Assembly (NCBI GenBank): GCA_029555965.1
Contig: JAKQHY010000027.1
Coordinates: forward strand, 8,806-72,805
Reading direction: 5' to 3'
DNA: 64,000 bases
Source: Chloroflexota bacterium
GTDB taxonomy: Bacteria > Chloroflexota > Anaerolineae > B4-G1 > SLSP01
Shown here: positions 1-8,754 of the stretch, piece after piece
Position numbering within the stretch: the stretch's first letter is position 1
How the letters are laid out: every line of letters begins with the position of its first letter
Program-made: the position numbers and the translations under genes
Notes under the pieces: generated by a model
Database searches by the model: none
Told to the model about the DNA's origin: nothing
Seen by the model: the letters and a program-made list of their open reading frames with translations, nothing else

Positions 1-263
1 CCCGGCGCGACATCCCGCTGAAACGTCCCGTCCCGAAGAAGGAGATGGTCACACGGCTGCAAGATCAGGCACCGGCGCAACTGGCCGGGCAAACTGTAAC
101 CGAAATCAGCGTCCAGGACGGCGTGAAGTACATCCTAGCCGATGACTCGTGGCTACTCATCCGCCCATCGGGCACGGAGCCGGTGTTGCGCGTCTACGCG
201 GAAGGCGTTTCTGATGCTGAGGTGGCGGCGCTGCTGGGTTACGGGCAGGAAATCGCCGCGTAG
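1..263 (+). CDS. alpha-D-phosphohexomutase family protein (PGM/PMM/GlmM-like), C-terminal fragment; 5' end outside window
   Basis: ORF open to window edge; C-terminal ...LLIRPSGTEPVLRVYAEG... resembles domain IV of phosphohexomutases. Confidence 0.55.
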   Translation, partial: RRDIPLKRPVPKKEMVTRLQDQAPAQLAGQTVTEISVQDGVKYILADDSWLLIRPSGTEPVLRVYAEGVSDAEVAALLGYGQEIAA

Positions 264-358
264 CGATCTGATAGGATCACTTTCACCGCAGAGTTCGCAA
301 AGGTTCTATAGTTTCTCAGCGTCCTCTGTGGACCCTGCGGTAAAAATGCTCAGGTTGC

Positions 359-386
359 TTGCGCCAAGCCATGTTTGGCATATAAT
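359..386 (+). promoter_or_regulatory. candidate sigma70-type promoter for tRNA-Leu (TTGCGC -16- TATAAT)
   Basis: TATAAT at 381-386, TTGCGC at 359-364 with 16-bp spacer; predicted TSS ~6 nt before tRNA 5' end. Confidence 0.45.
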
Positions 387-398
387 GAAGTTTAGTCA

Positions 399-480
399 GG
401 GGAAATGTCGGAACAGGCAGACGAGCATGACTTAGGATCATGTGCCGCAAGGCGTGTGGGTTCAAGTCCCACTTTCCCCA
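399..480 (+). tRNA. tRNA-Leu(UAG), type II (long variable arm); CCA not encoded
   Basis: Hand-folded cloverleaf: acceptor GGGGAAA/TTTCCCC, anticodon stem CATGA/TCATG with loop CTTAGGA (anticodon TAG), variable arm gcc-GCAA-ggc, T-arm GTGGG-TTCAAGT-CCCAC, discriminator A; followed by ACA not CCA. Confidence 0.8.
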
Positions 481-577
481 ACACGAGATTTGTCTTTAAA
501 AGCTCCTTTTTCTGTCAGCAGATTAAGCAGATTTAGCAGATTGTTTCTGTGGCCTTCTCAATGAAAGCGAGGCAATT

Positions 578-946
578 ATGACTAACATACTCATCGTAGA
601 TGATGAAGTCTCCATCCAGCGGATGCTGAGTTATATTTTACGCAACTCAGAATTTACCCCTTTTGTCGCCGGAAATGCGGAAGAAGCCCTCGAACAACTC
701 AAAAAACAAGCGATGGATCTGCTACTGTTAGATGTAGCTATGCCGGACACAGATGGCATCACTTTTTTGAGGCACCTGCGCGAGATGCCAGAATACCTGG
801 AGTTACCGGTGATTATGCTCACTGCCAGCACCAGCGAGCGGCACCGCGTCGAGGCGCAGAACGCCGGTGTAGCGGCCTACCTCAACAAACTCGCCAGCCC
901 GGACGAGCTGTTGCAAATCATCCGCAACGTGTTGGATAAGTCCTGA
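578..946 (+). CDS. single-domain response regulator receiver protein (CheY-like, orphan)
   Basis: 122 aa; IVDDE...LLLDVAMPDTDG...MLTAS...K motifs of REC domain; GAGG RBS; three CAGATTnnn direct repeats at 10-bp spacing upstream (518-546). Confidence 0.85.
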   Translation: MTNILIVDDEVSIQRMLSYILRNSEFTPFVAGNAEEALEQLKKQAMDLLLLDVAMPDTDGITFLRHLREMPEYLELPVIMLTASTSERHRVEAQNAGVAAYLNKLASPDELLQIIRNVLDKS

Positions 947-962
947 GTGCAACGTCACTTCT

Positions 963-1007
963 AAAAAAAAGCCGCCAGTGAGAGACTCTCACCGGCGGCT
1001 TTTTCTC
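963..1007 (+). terminator. rho-independent terminator (A-run, 14-bp stem, T-run; potentially bidirectional)
   Basis: aaaaaaaa-GCCGCCAGTGAGAG-a-CTCTCACCGGCGGC-TTTTTCTC. Confidence 0.8.
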
Positions 1008-1043
1008 AAAGGATGAAACGGAATTGGACGGAAAATATCCCGT

Positions 1044-2270
1044 TCAATCCGTTGAGCTATTTTGAAGGGTTTTCAAGCGCGCCACCAGCTCTATGCAGGC
1101 CCGCCCGTTGTGATAGGGGCATTTCCAGAAACTCACTTTGGCCGCGTCGTGCGTCCCCAGGCGATGCTCGCGGGTGACATAGCGGAACCATTCGCCGTGG
1201 ACGTGATCCACCAAGTACGTCTCGATGAAATCCCACACACGGAACGCCGCCGCCAAAAAGTGCGGCTGTCCGGAAAGCTGGTAGGCGTTGAGAAAGCCCA
1301 CCGCCGCCTCCGCCTGGGGCCACCACTCCTTGTCGGTGTTGGTGAAGCCCGCCGCATCGGCCTCGTAAAGCAAGCCGCCGTCCGCGTCCAGCGCCTCGTC
1401 GTGGACGACCTGGGCCATCTTCACCGCCAACGGCTTGACCCGCGCCAGCAAGTCCACGTCTCCAAAAACTTCGGCGGCTTCCGTCAGCAGCCAGGCGGCT
1501 TCGATGTCGTGCCCATAGGAGATGGCGTCCCCTTTGGGCGTCCACGCGGCATCGAAGAAAAGCTGCAAATGCAGGTTGGCCGGGTTGAGGATGCGCGTCA
1601 ACATCACATCGAGCAACGCCTCCTGCGCGCGGAGCAATTCCGCGTCCGGCCAGACGCGCAGCAGATTGGTGTAGGCTTCCATCACGTGCAAGTGCGTGTT
1701 CTGGGACTTGGCCTCGTTCATATCCTTGGCGCTCAGTCGCCAATCGGTCGCCGGTTCCCACGCGCGCCCGCAGGCCTCGAAGTAACCCTGATGCTGCGGG
1801 TCGTAGCTGTGCGCCTCAATGCGATGGAACAGCGTGATGGCCTTATCCAGCGCGACCTGATCGCCGGTGATGCGGTAGTATTCCGACAGCGCGTAGATGC
1901 CGAACGCCTGTCCGTAAATCTGCTTGTGCGCGCGCAGCGGCGTTCCATTGGCGGCGACCATCCAGTAAAGCCCGTCGTGTTCGACATCCCAGAAACGGGA
2001 CAGCAAGTCGGTGTAGGCCCAGCGCGCCATCTCCAGATAGGCTGGATCGGGGTACAGCCGATAAGCCGCCGAGTACGTCCACAGGATGCGCGATGTGAGC
2101 AGCGCGCCGCGCGGCGCGTCCTTGTCCACGACGAGGTCGTTGCTGATCTCGCCGTAGAATCCGCCGCGCGCGCGGTCTACCGCGTGCGTCATCCAGAAGG
2201 GGAGAATGTTTTGCCGAAGCTCGGTTTCGGCTTTATTCTGGTAAGTCTGTAAAATGGCTATGTCTGTCAT
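1044..2270 (-). CDS. N-acylglucosamine 2-epimerase (AGE) superfamily protein (cellobiose/mannose 2-epimerase-like)
   Basis: 408 aa; (alpha/alpha)6-barrel AGE-family residues recognisable by eye; 396-aa antisense ORF on + strand judged spurious. Confidence 0.7.
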   Translation of the reverse strand: MTDIAILQTYQNKAETELRQNILPFWMTHAVDRARGGFYGEISNDLVVDKDAPRGALLTSRILWTYSAAYRLYPDPAYLEMARWAYTDLLSRFWDVEHDGLYWMVAANGTPLRAHKQIYGQAFGIYALSEYYRITGDQVALDKAITLFHRIEAHSYDPQHQGYFEACGRAWEPATDWRLSAKDMNEAKSQNTHLHVMEAYTNLLRVWPDAELLRAQEALLDVMLTRILNPANLHLQLFFDAAWTPKGDAISYGHDIEAAWLLTEAAEVFGDVDLLARVKPLAVKMAQVVHDEALDADGGLLYEADAAGFTNTDKEWWPQAEAAVGFLNAYQLSGQPHFLAAAFRVWDFIETYLVDHVHGEWFRYVTREHRLGTHDAAKVSFWKCPYHNGRACIELVARLKTLQNSSTD

Positions 2271-2361
2271 AATCCTTCCTCTTGAAAATAGTGGAATCCC
2301 ATCACCAGGGGTTCTTGCACACTCTCATTATAGCCCGCCTTCCCCCTTGCGCTATCACCTA

Positions 2362-2401
2362 AACAAAAAGCTGGAAGCCCATCGAGCTTCCAGCTTCCAG
2401 C
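2362..2401 (-). repeat. 40-bp direct repeat copy 1 (terminator-like hairpin gctggaagc/gcttccagc + T-run on minus strand); identical to 3629-3668
   Basis: aacaaaaagctggaagcccatcgagcttccagcttccagc identical at both loci. Confidence 0.85.
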
Positions 2402-2765
2402 CACGCGCCGATGGTTGATAAGAATTAAGAAATAAATTCGGTAACATAATACGCCTATGTAGTTGCGCTATCCCTAGCGCGCTGCTGCGTATAGGACGCA
2501 AGAACGCGATAGGGATACTGCGACTACCTTACCGGATTATTTTCTTAAAATTCACTAATCCGGCGCAAGCTTTTTCGTGATCGTAGGTGGGTTTCCCCGA
2601 AGGCGCCCCTCCAAAAACAAAGCTTGTAGGCGCGGATTCCATTCCGCGTGCGGCACAAATCAGTGGGATGAACTCGATTTCGCATTCAAGCATCCGCTTT
2701 GCGGCTAAATTTAGAATTTGAGCGCCCAGATACGTTTCACCTTTAAGCGTCGAACAGAATATTTT

Positions 2766-3173
2766 TTATTTTTCTTCTATTTTTTGTAATTCAATATTCA
2801 ACGCCGATATGGATTCTAATATTTCCGACAATGCCAATATCAATGCGAATATAAGAAATATCAAACTAATACTAAAAATAATTTCGGAAATCAGATAATA
2901 ATTAAGCATTATAAGAAACATACTAATCGCACAGAAGAGAAAGCTTGACACAGCAAACGCTTGTGTGTATTTGATAAGTTTTAATCGCACCTTGAATGTT
3001 TTTATTTGCCGAATCGTATACTCATCAGGCTCTTTCTGATAGGAGCTTATGAGTTGCCTGATTAACATCGCCAAATTGTGAAACCGATTGGTGAAGGCCA
3101 GCATAAACATCCCAATTGCCGAAAAGAGTAAAGCCGGGGTACTAATAGAAAAATTCATCAAAGCCTCCATCAC
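2766..3173 (-). CDS. small integral membrane protein in very AT-rich island (possibly DUF2721-like)
   Basis: 135 aa, 3-4 predicted TM segments, NR-containing motif after first helix; local GC visibly far below flanks (~35% vs ~65%). Confidence 0.5.
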   Translation of the reverse strand: MMEALMNFSISTPALLFSAIGMFMLAFTNRFHNLAMLIRQLISSYQKEPDEYTIRQIKTFKVRLKLIKYTQAFAVSSFLFCAISMFLIMLNYYLISEIIFSISLIFLIFALILALSEILESISALNIELQKIEEK

Positions 3174-3188
3174 GAGGAAATAATGTCA

Positions 3189-3569
3189 TCACTTACCTGC
3201 ATACCCCCGCGCCGGCCCGGCCACCAGCCACTCAAATAGAAGATAGGCTCCACCGTAAGGAACCAGGATCACGCTGAGGAGCAGCACCCCCAGCAGCGCG
3301 CCGGGCGACATGAAATGGCCGCCCCACTTCGCAATGCCGCCGATGACAAGCAACATGAGACCGGCGGAGCTGATGAACCAAAGCACCAGGCGGGTTCCCA
3401 GGCAAGAAGCATGCCCGGGAACGGTCGCCATAGCGTATTTCGTGCTATAACGGCCGCCCAGTTCGAGGGGGACTTTGATCATGATAGTCGTTTCACGGCC
3501 ACAGAAAACACAAGTGTCGGGTTGTGTCAGAAGCGGTTCTTGAGCATTCATCTCATTCATATACCTCAT
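3189..3569 (-). CDS. hypothetical membrane protein with N-terminal CxxC motif
   Basis: 126 aa; CVFCGRE then three hydrophobic segments; no family recognised. Confidence 0.45.
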   Translation of the reverse strand: MRYMNEMNAQEPLLTQPDTCVFCGRETTIMIKVPLELGGRYSTKYAMATVPGHASCLGTRLVLWFISSAGLMLLVIGGIAKWGGHFMSPGALLGVLLLSVILVPYGGAYLLFEWLVAGPARGYAGK

Positions 3570-3628
3570 CCATATATCAAGAATCTATTGTTTCATTATA
3601 ATCCTCTCACCACCCTGCCCATCACCCC

Positions 3629-3668
3629 AACAAAAAGCTGGAAGCCCATCGAGCTTCCAGCTTCCAGC
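3629..3668 (-). terminator. rho-independent terminator of gap-pgk-tpiA operon (40-bp repeat copy 2)
   Basis: On minus strand: hairpin GCTGGAAGC-tcgatgg-GCTTCCAGC followed by TTTTTGTT, 16 nt after tpiA stop. Confidence 0.8.
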
Positions 3669-3683
3669 ATCCCACTTTGCCGG

Positions 3684-4451
3684 CTACTTCAACGCCGCGA
3701 GCGCATTCTTCACAATCGCCGTGAACGAGTCCACCTTCAGGCTCGCGCCGCCGACCAGGGCGCCGTCAATCTCCGGCATCACGATGAAGTCGGCCATGTT
3801 GTCCGGTTTGACGCTGCCGCCGTACTGCACGCGGATCGCCTCGGCGGTCGCGGTATCGTAGAACGCGGTCAGCACGTCGCGGATGGCCTCTTTGATGATG
3901 CGGTTCGCATCCTCCGGCGTCGCCGTCAGCCCGGTGCCGATGGCCCAGATGGGTTCGTAGGCCAGCACAACTTTCGCGGCATCCTCGGCCGGGATGCCCG
4001 CAAACGCGCCGCGCATCTGGCCGCCCACAAAGCTCACCGTTTCGCCGGCCTTGTTTTGCTCCAGGCTCTCGCCGATGCAGACGATGGGCGTGATCCCGTG
4101 CGCCAGCGCCGCCTTGAGCTTCAGGTTGACGGTCTCGTCCGTCTCGCCGAAGAACTGCCGTCGCTCCGAGTGGCCGAGGATGACGTACTGCGCCAACTCC
4201 TTGACCATCACCGGCGAGCTCTCACCCGTGAACGCACCTTCGTCCTTCCAGTACATATTCTGCGCGCCGACACCGATGTTGGAGCCGGCCAGCGCGCCGC
4301 TGACCGCCGCCAGCGCCGTTGCGGGGGGGCAGACGGCCAGTTCCATCGTCAGCACGTCGCCCAACGTCTGCTTCAAGCCCGCCACCAGTTCCAACGCCTG
4401 TGCGACGGTCTTGTACATCTTCCAGTTGCCTGCGATAAAGGGTTTACGCAT
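3684..4451 (-). CDS. tpiA: triosephosphate isomerase
   Basis: MRKPFIAGNWKM..., VILGHSERR, AYEPIWAIGTG motifs; start moved to ATG 4451 from longer ORF. Confidence 0.92.
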   Translation of the reverse strand: MRKPFIAGNWKMYKTVAQALELVAGLKQTLGDVLTMELAVCPPATALAAVSGALAGSNIGVGAQNMYWKDEGAFTGESSPVMVKELAQYVILGHSERRQFFGETDETVNLKLKAALAHGITPIVCIGESLEQNKAGETVSFVGGQMRGAFAGIPAEDAAKVVLAYEPIWAIGTGLTATPEDANRIIKEAIRDVLTAFYDTATAEAIRVQYGGSVKPDNMADFIVMPEIDGALVGGASLKVDSFTAIVKNALAALK

Positions 4452-4532
4452 AGTACTCCAATCAAGGAAATGAGTAATAAGAAATGAGTAATGAGTGCGA
4501 TTCATTACTCATTTCTCATTACTTTTTACTCA

Positions 4533-5708
4533 TTACTTATCCTGCAACGCCGCCACACCGGGCAGCACTTTGCCTTCCAGGAATTCCAGGCTCGCGCCGC
4601 CGCCGGTGGAGACATGGCTCATTTTGGCGGCAACGCCGGCCTTCTTCACCGCCGAGGCTGAGTCGCCGCCGCCGATGACGGTCACAGCGTTCAGGTCGGC
4701 CAGCGCCTCGGCAATGGCGAACGTTCCCTTGGCGAAATTCGCCATCTCAAAGACGCCCATCGGGCCGTTCCAGGCGACCGTCTTGGCCGTCTTGAGGATA
4801 TCCGCATACTTGGCAATCGTCTCCGGGCCGATGTCGAGCATCCGCCAGCCGGGTTCAATCGCGGTCACAGGCACGACTTTGCTGTGCGCGTCGTTGTCAA
4901 ACGCATTGGCGATGACGCCATCCACCGGCAGCACCAGTTTGTCGCCAGCCTCGGCGAGGAGCGCCCTGGCGGTATCTAGCACGCCATCTTCCACCAGCGA
5001 GTCGCCCATTTCCAGGCCCTGCGCCTTGAAGAACGTGTTCGCCATCCCACCGCCGATGAGGACCTTGTCGGCCAGCTTCAACATATTCTGGATGACGGCA
5101 ATCTTGTCCGACACCTTCGCGCCGCCCAGGATGACGACGTAGGGCCGCGCCACGTCCTCGGTCGCCTTGCTGAGGAATTCTACCTCTTTTTCCATCAGGA
5201 AACCGGCGACGGCGGGCAAGTAGTGCGCCACGCCCTCGGTGGACGATTGCGCGCGGTGCGCCGTGCCGAAGGCGTCCATCACAAACAGTTCGCCCAACTT
5301 CGCCAGTTGTTCGGAAATCTTGGGGTCATTCTTCGTCTCGGCCTTGTAGAAGCGGACGTTTTCCAGCAACAGCACCTCGCCGGGTTGCAGCGCCGCCGCC
5401 AGCGCCTCGACCTCCGCGCCGATGCAATCGGGCGCGAACTTGACGGGCTTGCCGAGCAGCGCTTCCAATCGTTCCGCCACCGGCTTCATGCTAAATTCGG
5501 CCTCGTAGCCCGTGCCCGCTGGGCGACCCAGGTGCGACATCAAGACCAACGCCGCGCCCTGCTCCAGGACGTATTGAATGGTCGGCAGGGTGGCCTTGAT
5601 ACGCTTGTCATCGCTGATCACGCCGTCTTTGATGGGCACGTTGAAGTCGGCGCGCATCAACAAGCGCTTCCCCTTCAGATCAACATCACGCACACTTTTC
5701 TTGTTCAT
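4533..5708 (-). CDS. pgk: phosphoglycerate kinase
   Basis: 391 aa; RADFNVP, MSHLGRP, GGGA/GGGD motifs; GGAGG RBS. Confidence 0.93.
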   Translation of the reverse strand: MNKKSVRDVDLKGKRLLMRADFNVPIKDGVISDDKRIKATLPTIQYVLEQGAALVLMSHLGRPAGTGYEAEFSMKPVAERLEALLGKPVKFAPDCIGAEVEALAAALQPGEVLLLENVRFYKAETKNDPKISEQLAKLGELFVMDAFGTAHRAQSSTEGVAHYLPAVAGFLMEKEVEFLSKATEDVARPYVVILGGAKVSDKIAVIQNMLKLADKVLIGGGMANTFFKAQGLEMGDSLVEDGVLDTARALLAEAGDKLVLPVDGVIANAFDNDAHSKVVPVTAIEPGWRMLDIGPETIAKYADILKTAKTVAWNGPMGVFEMANFAKGTFAIAEALADLNAVTVIGGGDSASAVKKAGVAAKMSHVSTGGGASLEFLEGKVLPGVAALQDK

Positions 5709-5749
5709 TCGTTACCTCCGCAAAAGCGACTAAAGCCGCAAACAAAAAG

Positions 5750-5794
5750 GGTGTTTTTCCGTTTGCGGGCTGCGCCCGCAAACGAAAAAACACC
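5750..5794. repeat. 21-bp-stem palindrome (family B: ggtgtttttCcgtttgcgggc / gcccgcaaacgaaaaaacacc), intergenic gap-pgk; likely attenuator/terminator on minus strand
   Basis: Near-perfect inverted repeat; on minus strand followed by CTTTTTGTTTG; related copy at 21838-21882; adjacent 20-nt motif caaaagcgactNNagccgcaa shared. Confidence 0.75.
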
Positions 5795-5815
5795 TCTAAA
5801 ACTCTTCTGTTGATT

Positions 5816-6871
5816 TTAGAGCTTGCTCGCCAGGAGCGCCGCCAGGTCGGCGGTGCGGACGCTGTAGCCCCACTCGTTGTCATACCAGGTGACAACCTTG
5901 ATGAAGTCGTTCTTTTCCTTGCCGAGCACCATCGTGAACGGCAGGTCCACGGAAGAGCTGTGCGGATCGCCCTTGTAGTCAATGCTGACCAGCGGTTCGT
6001 CCACGGCCTGCAAAATGCCCTTCAGGGGGCCGGCCGCCGCGTCGCGGAAGACCTGACGCAGTTCCTCGGTGGTCGTCGGAACCTCAATCTGCGCGGTGAA
6101 GTCCACCACGGAAACGGTCGAGGTCGGGACGCGCAGCGCATAGCCATCGAACTTGCCCTTCAGATCGGGAATGACGAGCGCCACGGCCTTCGCCGCGCCG
6201 GTGGTGGTGGGGATGATGCTCATCGCAGCGGCGCGCGCGCGGCGCAGGTCGCTGTGCGGCAGGTCGAGAATTTTCTGGTCGTTGGTGTAGGCGTGAATCG
6301 TCGTCATCAGGCCGCGCACGATTTTGAAGTGATCGTGAACAACCTTCGCCGCCGGCGCCAGACAGTTGGTGGTGCAGGAAGCATTTGAGAGGACATGGTG
6401 GTTGGCGGGATCGTACTTATCGTCGTTCACGCCCATGACGATGGTGAGGTCCTCGCCCTCAGCGGGGGCTGAAATGATGACTTTCTTCGCGCCGCCCCGG
6501 GTGATGTGATTCTCCGCGCCCTGCACGGTCTTCCCCTTCTTATTGACGCCATCTTTCTTGATAGTGAACAGGCCGGTGGATTCGATCACGATATCCACGC
6601 CCATGTCGCCCCACGGAATCTTGCCCGGATCGGTTTCCTTGAAGGCCGTGACCTTCTTGCCATCAATCAGCAAAGCATCAGCGGCGACTTCGACGACGCC
6701 GTTGAAGCGGCCATAGTTCGAGTCGTACTTCAACAGATGCGCCATCGTCTTCAGATCGCCGATGTCATTGAAAGCCACCACTTCCAGCGTGTCCGGGTAG
6801 AAATCCCGCATGGCCTTGAGAACCTGCCGACCAATGCGGCCAAAACCGTTGATACCAACTTTTGTAGCCAT
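5816..6871 (-). CDS. gap: glyceraldehyde-3-phosphate dehydrogenase (type I)
   Basis: 351 aa; INGFGRIGR Rossmann, [12 protein letters not shown] active site. Confidence 0.93.
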   Translation of the reverse strand: MATKVGINGFGRIGRQVLKAMRDFYPDTLEVVAFNDIGDLKTMAHLLKYDSNYGRFNGVVEVAADALLIDGKKVTAFKETDPGKIPWGDMGVDIVIESTGLFTIKKDGVNKKGKTVQGAENHITRGGAKKVIISAPAEGEDLTIVMGVNDDKYDPANHHVLSNASCTTNCLAPAAKVVHDHFKIVRGLMTTIHAYTNDQKILDLPHSDLRRARAAAMSIIPTTTGAAKAVALVIPDLKGKFDGYALRVPTSTVSVVDFTAQIEVPTTTEELRQVFRDAAAGPLKGILQAVDEPLVSIDYKGDPHSSSVDLPFTMVLGKEKNDFIKVVTWYDNEWGYSVRTADLAALLASKL

Positions 6872-6971
6872 ATCATACTCCTTTGTGTTAGGATATTGAA
6901 ACAGAGAATAGAGACTAGAGATTAGAGAGTAATGCGGAATGACTACTCCCTAATCCCCAATCCCTGGCTCC

Positions 6972-8267
6972 TTATGAAAACTCCTTGTGGAGCAGTCCAA
7001 TCACCACCTGCGCCAACTTATCACTGGCATGCCGCCATCCCCACGCTTCATCCACCAGATCCGCATGGATGACACGGGCTTTCGCGTGCTGCGTTAAATC
7101 GGGGTATACCCACGTAACATCCGGCGGTAGTTGAATGTCGGGCAGCCGGTCGTTGACTACCGCGATGGTAATCACATCATCTCCGACGTGCTGCACCAGC
7201 GCCTCGAAATGGTCGCGCGCGGTATAGGCTTCGGTTTCGCCCACCTGGGTCGCTACGTTGCAAATATAGACTTTAGAAGCTCGCGCAGCCCGCAAAGCAG
7301 CAACAATTTCCGGCGCCAGCAAATTGGGCAGGATACTGGTGTAGAGACTCCCCGGCCCGACCACGACAAGGTCAGCTTCAAGGATGGCGCGCACCGCTTC
7401 GGGATAGGCCCGTGGAGTCGCTGGTTCCAACAACACCCGCAAAATGCGCCCACGAACTTCCGGGATGGCCGACTCGCCGCGCACCCGCGTTACCGGCATA
7501 CCGTCTTTTTCAATGTCGGCGCAGAGCGTCACAACTTCAAGCGTGCTGGGGATCACGCTGCCCTGAACGGCCAACACCCGGCTGGATTCTCTCAAGGCTG
7601 CTTCAAATGAGCCGGTAATGCCGGACATAGCGCCGATGAAGAGGTTGCCAAAGCTGTGCCCCCCCAGTTCTGCGCCGCCGGCAAAGCGATATTGAAAGAG
7701 GCGCGCCACCAGCGATTCGTCGTCGGCCAGCGCCGCGATGCAGTTGCGGAAGTCGCCTGGGGGCAAGATGCCCAGATCGCGCCGCAGCCGCCCGGAAGAG
7801 CCGCCATCATCGGCTACCGTCACAATGGCCGTTAAGTTAGAAGTATAGGATTTCAGCCCACGCAAAACGGTGGCTTGCCCATGCCCGCCGCCAATGACCA
7901 CAATCTTGGGACCGCGCCCGCGCCGCCGGAAATCGTACAACACATCCCGGATGGAGCCGTTGACATTGTTCACAAACGGTTCCAGTATCGCGCGATTCAA
8001 TCCCCACAATCCCAGGCCGATGCACCCTAGTCCCAATCCCAAACATAGCAGAACGCGCATCTCCCGTGGGAGAAACTGCAAAGTTAGATAGTAAAAGTAC
8101 ACCGGCAAGGGGTAGAAATCACGGAAGGCCATCGCCCCCCCCAGGCTTAACAACCCCATCCCGAATGTGAGGAGCAGCAACCAGCGCTTAACGCCCAATC
8201 CCGGTTGAAGCCACTTAAGATGGGTGTGCCAGCCGGCGCTCCCCGCCTGCGTTCCCCCTGATTTCAT
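6972..8267 (-). CDS. yvcK: YvcK/CofD-like (UPF0052) gluconeogenesis-factor family protein with N-terminal 2-TM extension
   Basis: KIVVIGGGHGQ...VADDGGSSGRLRRDLGILPPGD...LGGHSFGNLFI motifs; start set at ATG 8267 because a consensus promoter lies inside the longer ORF (to 8384). Confidence 0.7.
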   Translation of the reverse strand: MKSGGTQAGSAGWHTHLKWLQPGLGVKRWLLLLTFGMGLLSLGGAMAFRDFYPLPVYFYYLTLQFLPREMRVLLCLGLGLGCIGLGLWGLNRAILEPFVNNVNGSIRDVLYDFRRRGRGPKIVVIGGGHGQATVLRGLKSYTSNLTAIVTVADDGGSSGRLRRDLGILPPGDFRNCIAALADDESLVARLFQYRFAGGAELGGHSFGNLFIGAMSGITGSFEAALRESSRVLAVQGSVIPSTLEVVTLCADIEKDGMPVTRVRGESAIPEVRGRILRVLLEPATPRAYPEAVRAILEADLVVVGPGSLYTSILPNLLAPEIVAALRAARASKVYICNVATQVGETEAYTARDHFEALVQHVGDDVITIAVVNDRLPDIQLPPDVTWVYPDLTQHAKARVIHADLVDEAWGWRHASDKLAQVVIGLLHKEFS

Positions 8268-8274
8268 CGCGAAA

Positions 8275-8302
8275 ATTATACAATGAATACAAAGGGTGTC
8301 AA
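8275..8302 (-). promoter_or_regulatory. consensus sigma70 promoter TTGACA-16-TATAAT predicting a leaderless yvcK mRNA
   Basis: On minus strand TTGACAccctttgtattcattgTATAATtttcgcgATG; -10 ends 7 nt before ATG 8267. Confidence 0.6.
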
Positions 8303-8347
8303 AAACACTCAAAGGCCCGGAGCAGCACACTCCGGGCCTTGAATAGA

Positions 8348-8698
8348 TTATTGAATACGCACGACCACCCGTGCGTTCTGCCAAAATCCTTCCAGATCGT
8401 AGTAGTCGCGTTTTTCGGGGCTAAACAAGTGGACAATGACACTGTTATAGTCCAGCAAAACCCATCCCCCGTCAGATTCACCCTCAATATGGTAAGGCAG
8501 CACCCGCTCGTCCCCTTGCTTGAGCGCTTCAGTAATTGCGCCCTTCAATGCCAGCAATTGACGCTGACTGGTGCCGGAGCAAATAACGAAATAATCTGTA
8601 AAAGTGGTTACTTCTTGCAGGTCTAAGACCAAAATATCTTCTCCCTGCTTATCCACTAGGATTTCCACAATTTGATTAGCCAGTTCTAAACTCTCCAC
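8348..8698 (-). CDS. rsfS: ribosomal silencing factor RsfS (Iojap)
   Basis: 116 aa; ...DYFVICSGTSQRQ...DYNSVIVHLFSPEKRDYYDLE typical of RsfS. Confidence 0.85.
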   Translation of the reverse strand: MESLELANQIVEILVDKQGEDILVLDLQEVTTFTDYFVICSGTSQRQLLALKGAITEALKQGDERVLPYHIEGESDGGWVLLDYNSVIVHLFSPEKRDYYDLEGFWQNARVVVRIQ

Positions 8699-8754
8699 CC
8701 AACCTCCTGATGCTATATAGTATTTTCCTTCAACAAGGCCGGCACAAGCTGGCG

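Noticed and set aside
142-435. 97-aa ORF on + strand
   Set aside because: Overlaps the tRNA-Leu gene and its promoter; Arg/Ser-rich translation typical of out-of-frame high-GC DNA
1062-2252. 396-aa ORF on + strand
   Set aside because: Antisense to the AGE-family epimerase gene, which has recognisable family motifs; the antisense product is an Arg/Gly/Val-rich high-GC artefact
3315-4487. 390-aa ORF on + strand
   Set aside because: Antisense to tpiA and a membrane protein gene; low-complexity R/A/G-rich product
8268-8384. N-terminal extension of yvcK overlapping rsfS
   Set aside because: A consensus promoter (8275-8302) lies within it, pointing to a start at ATG 8267
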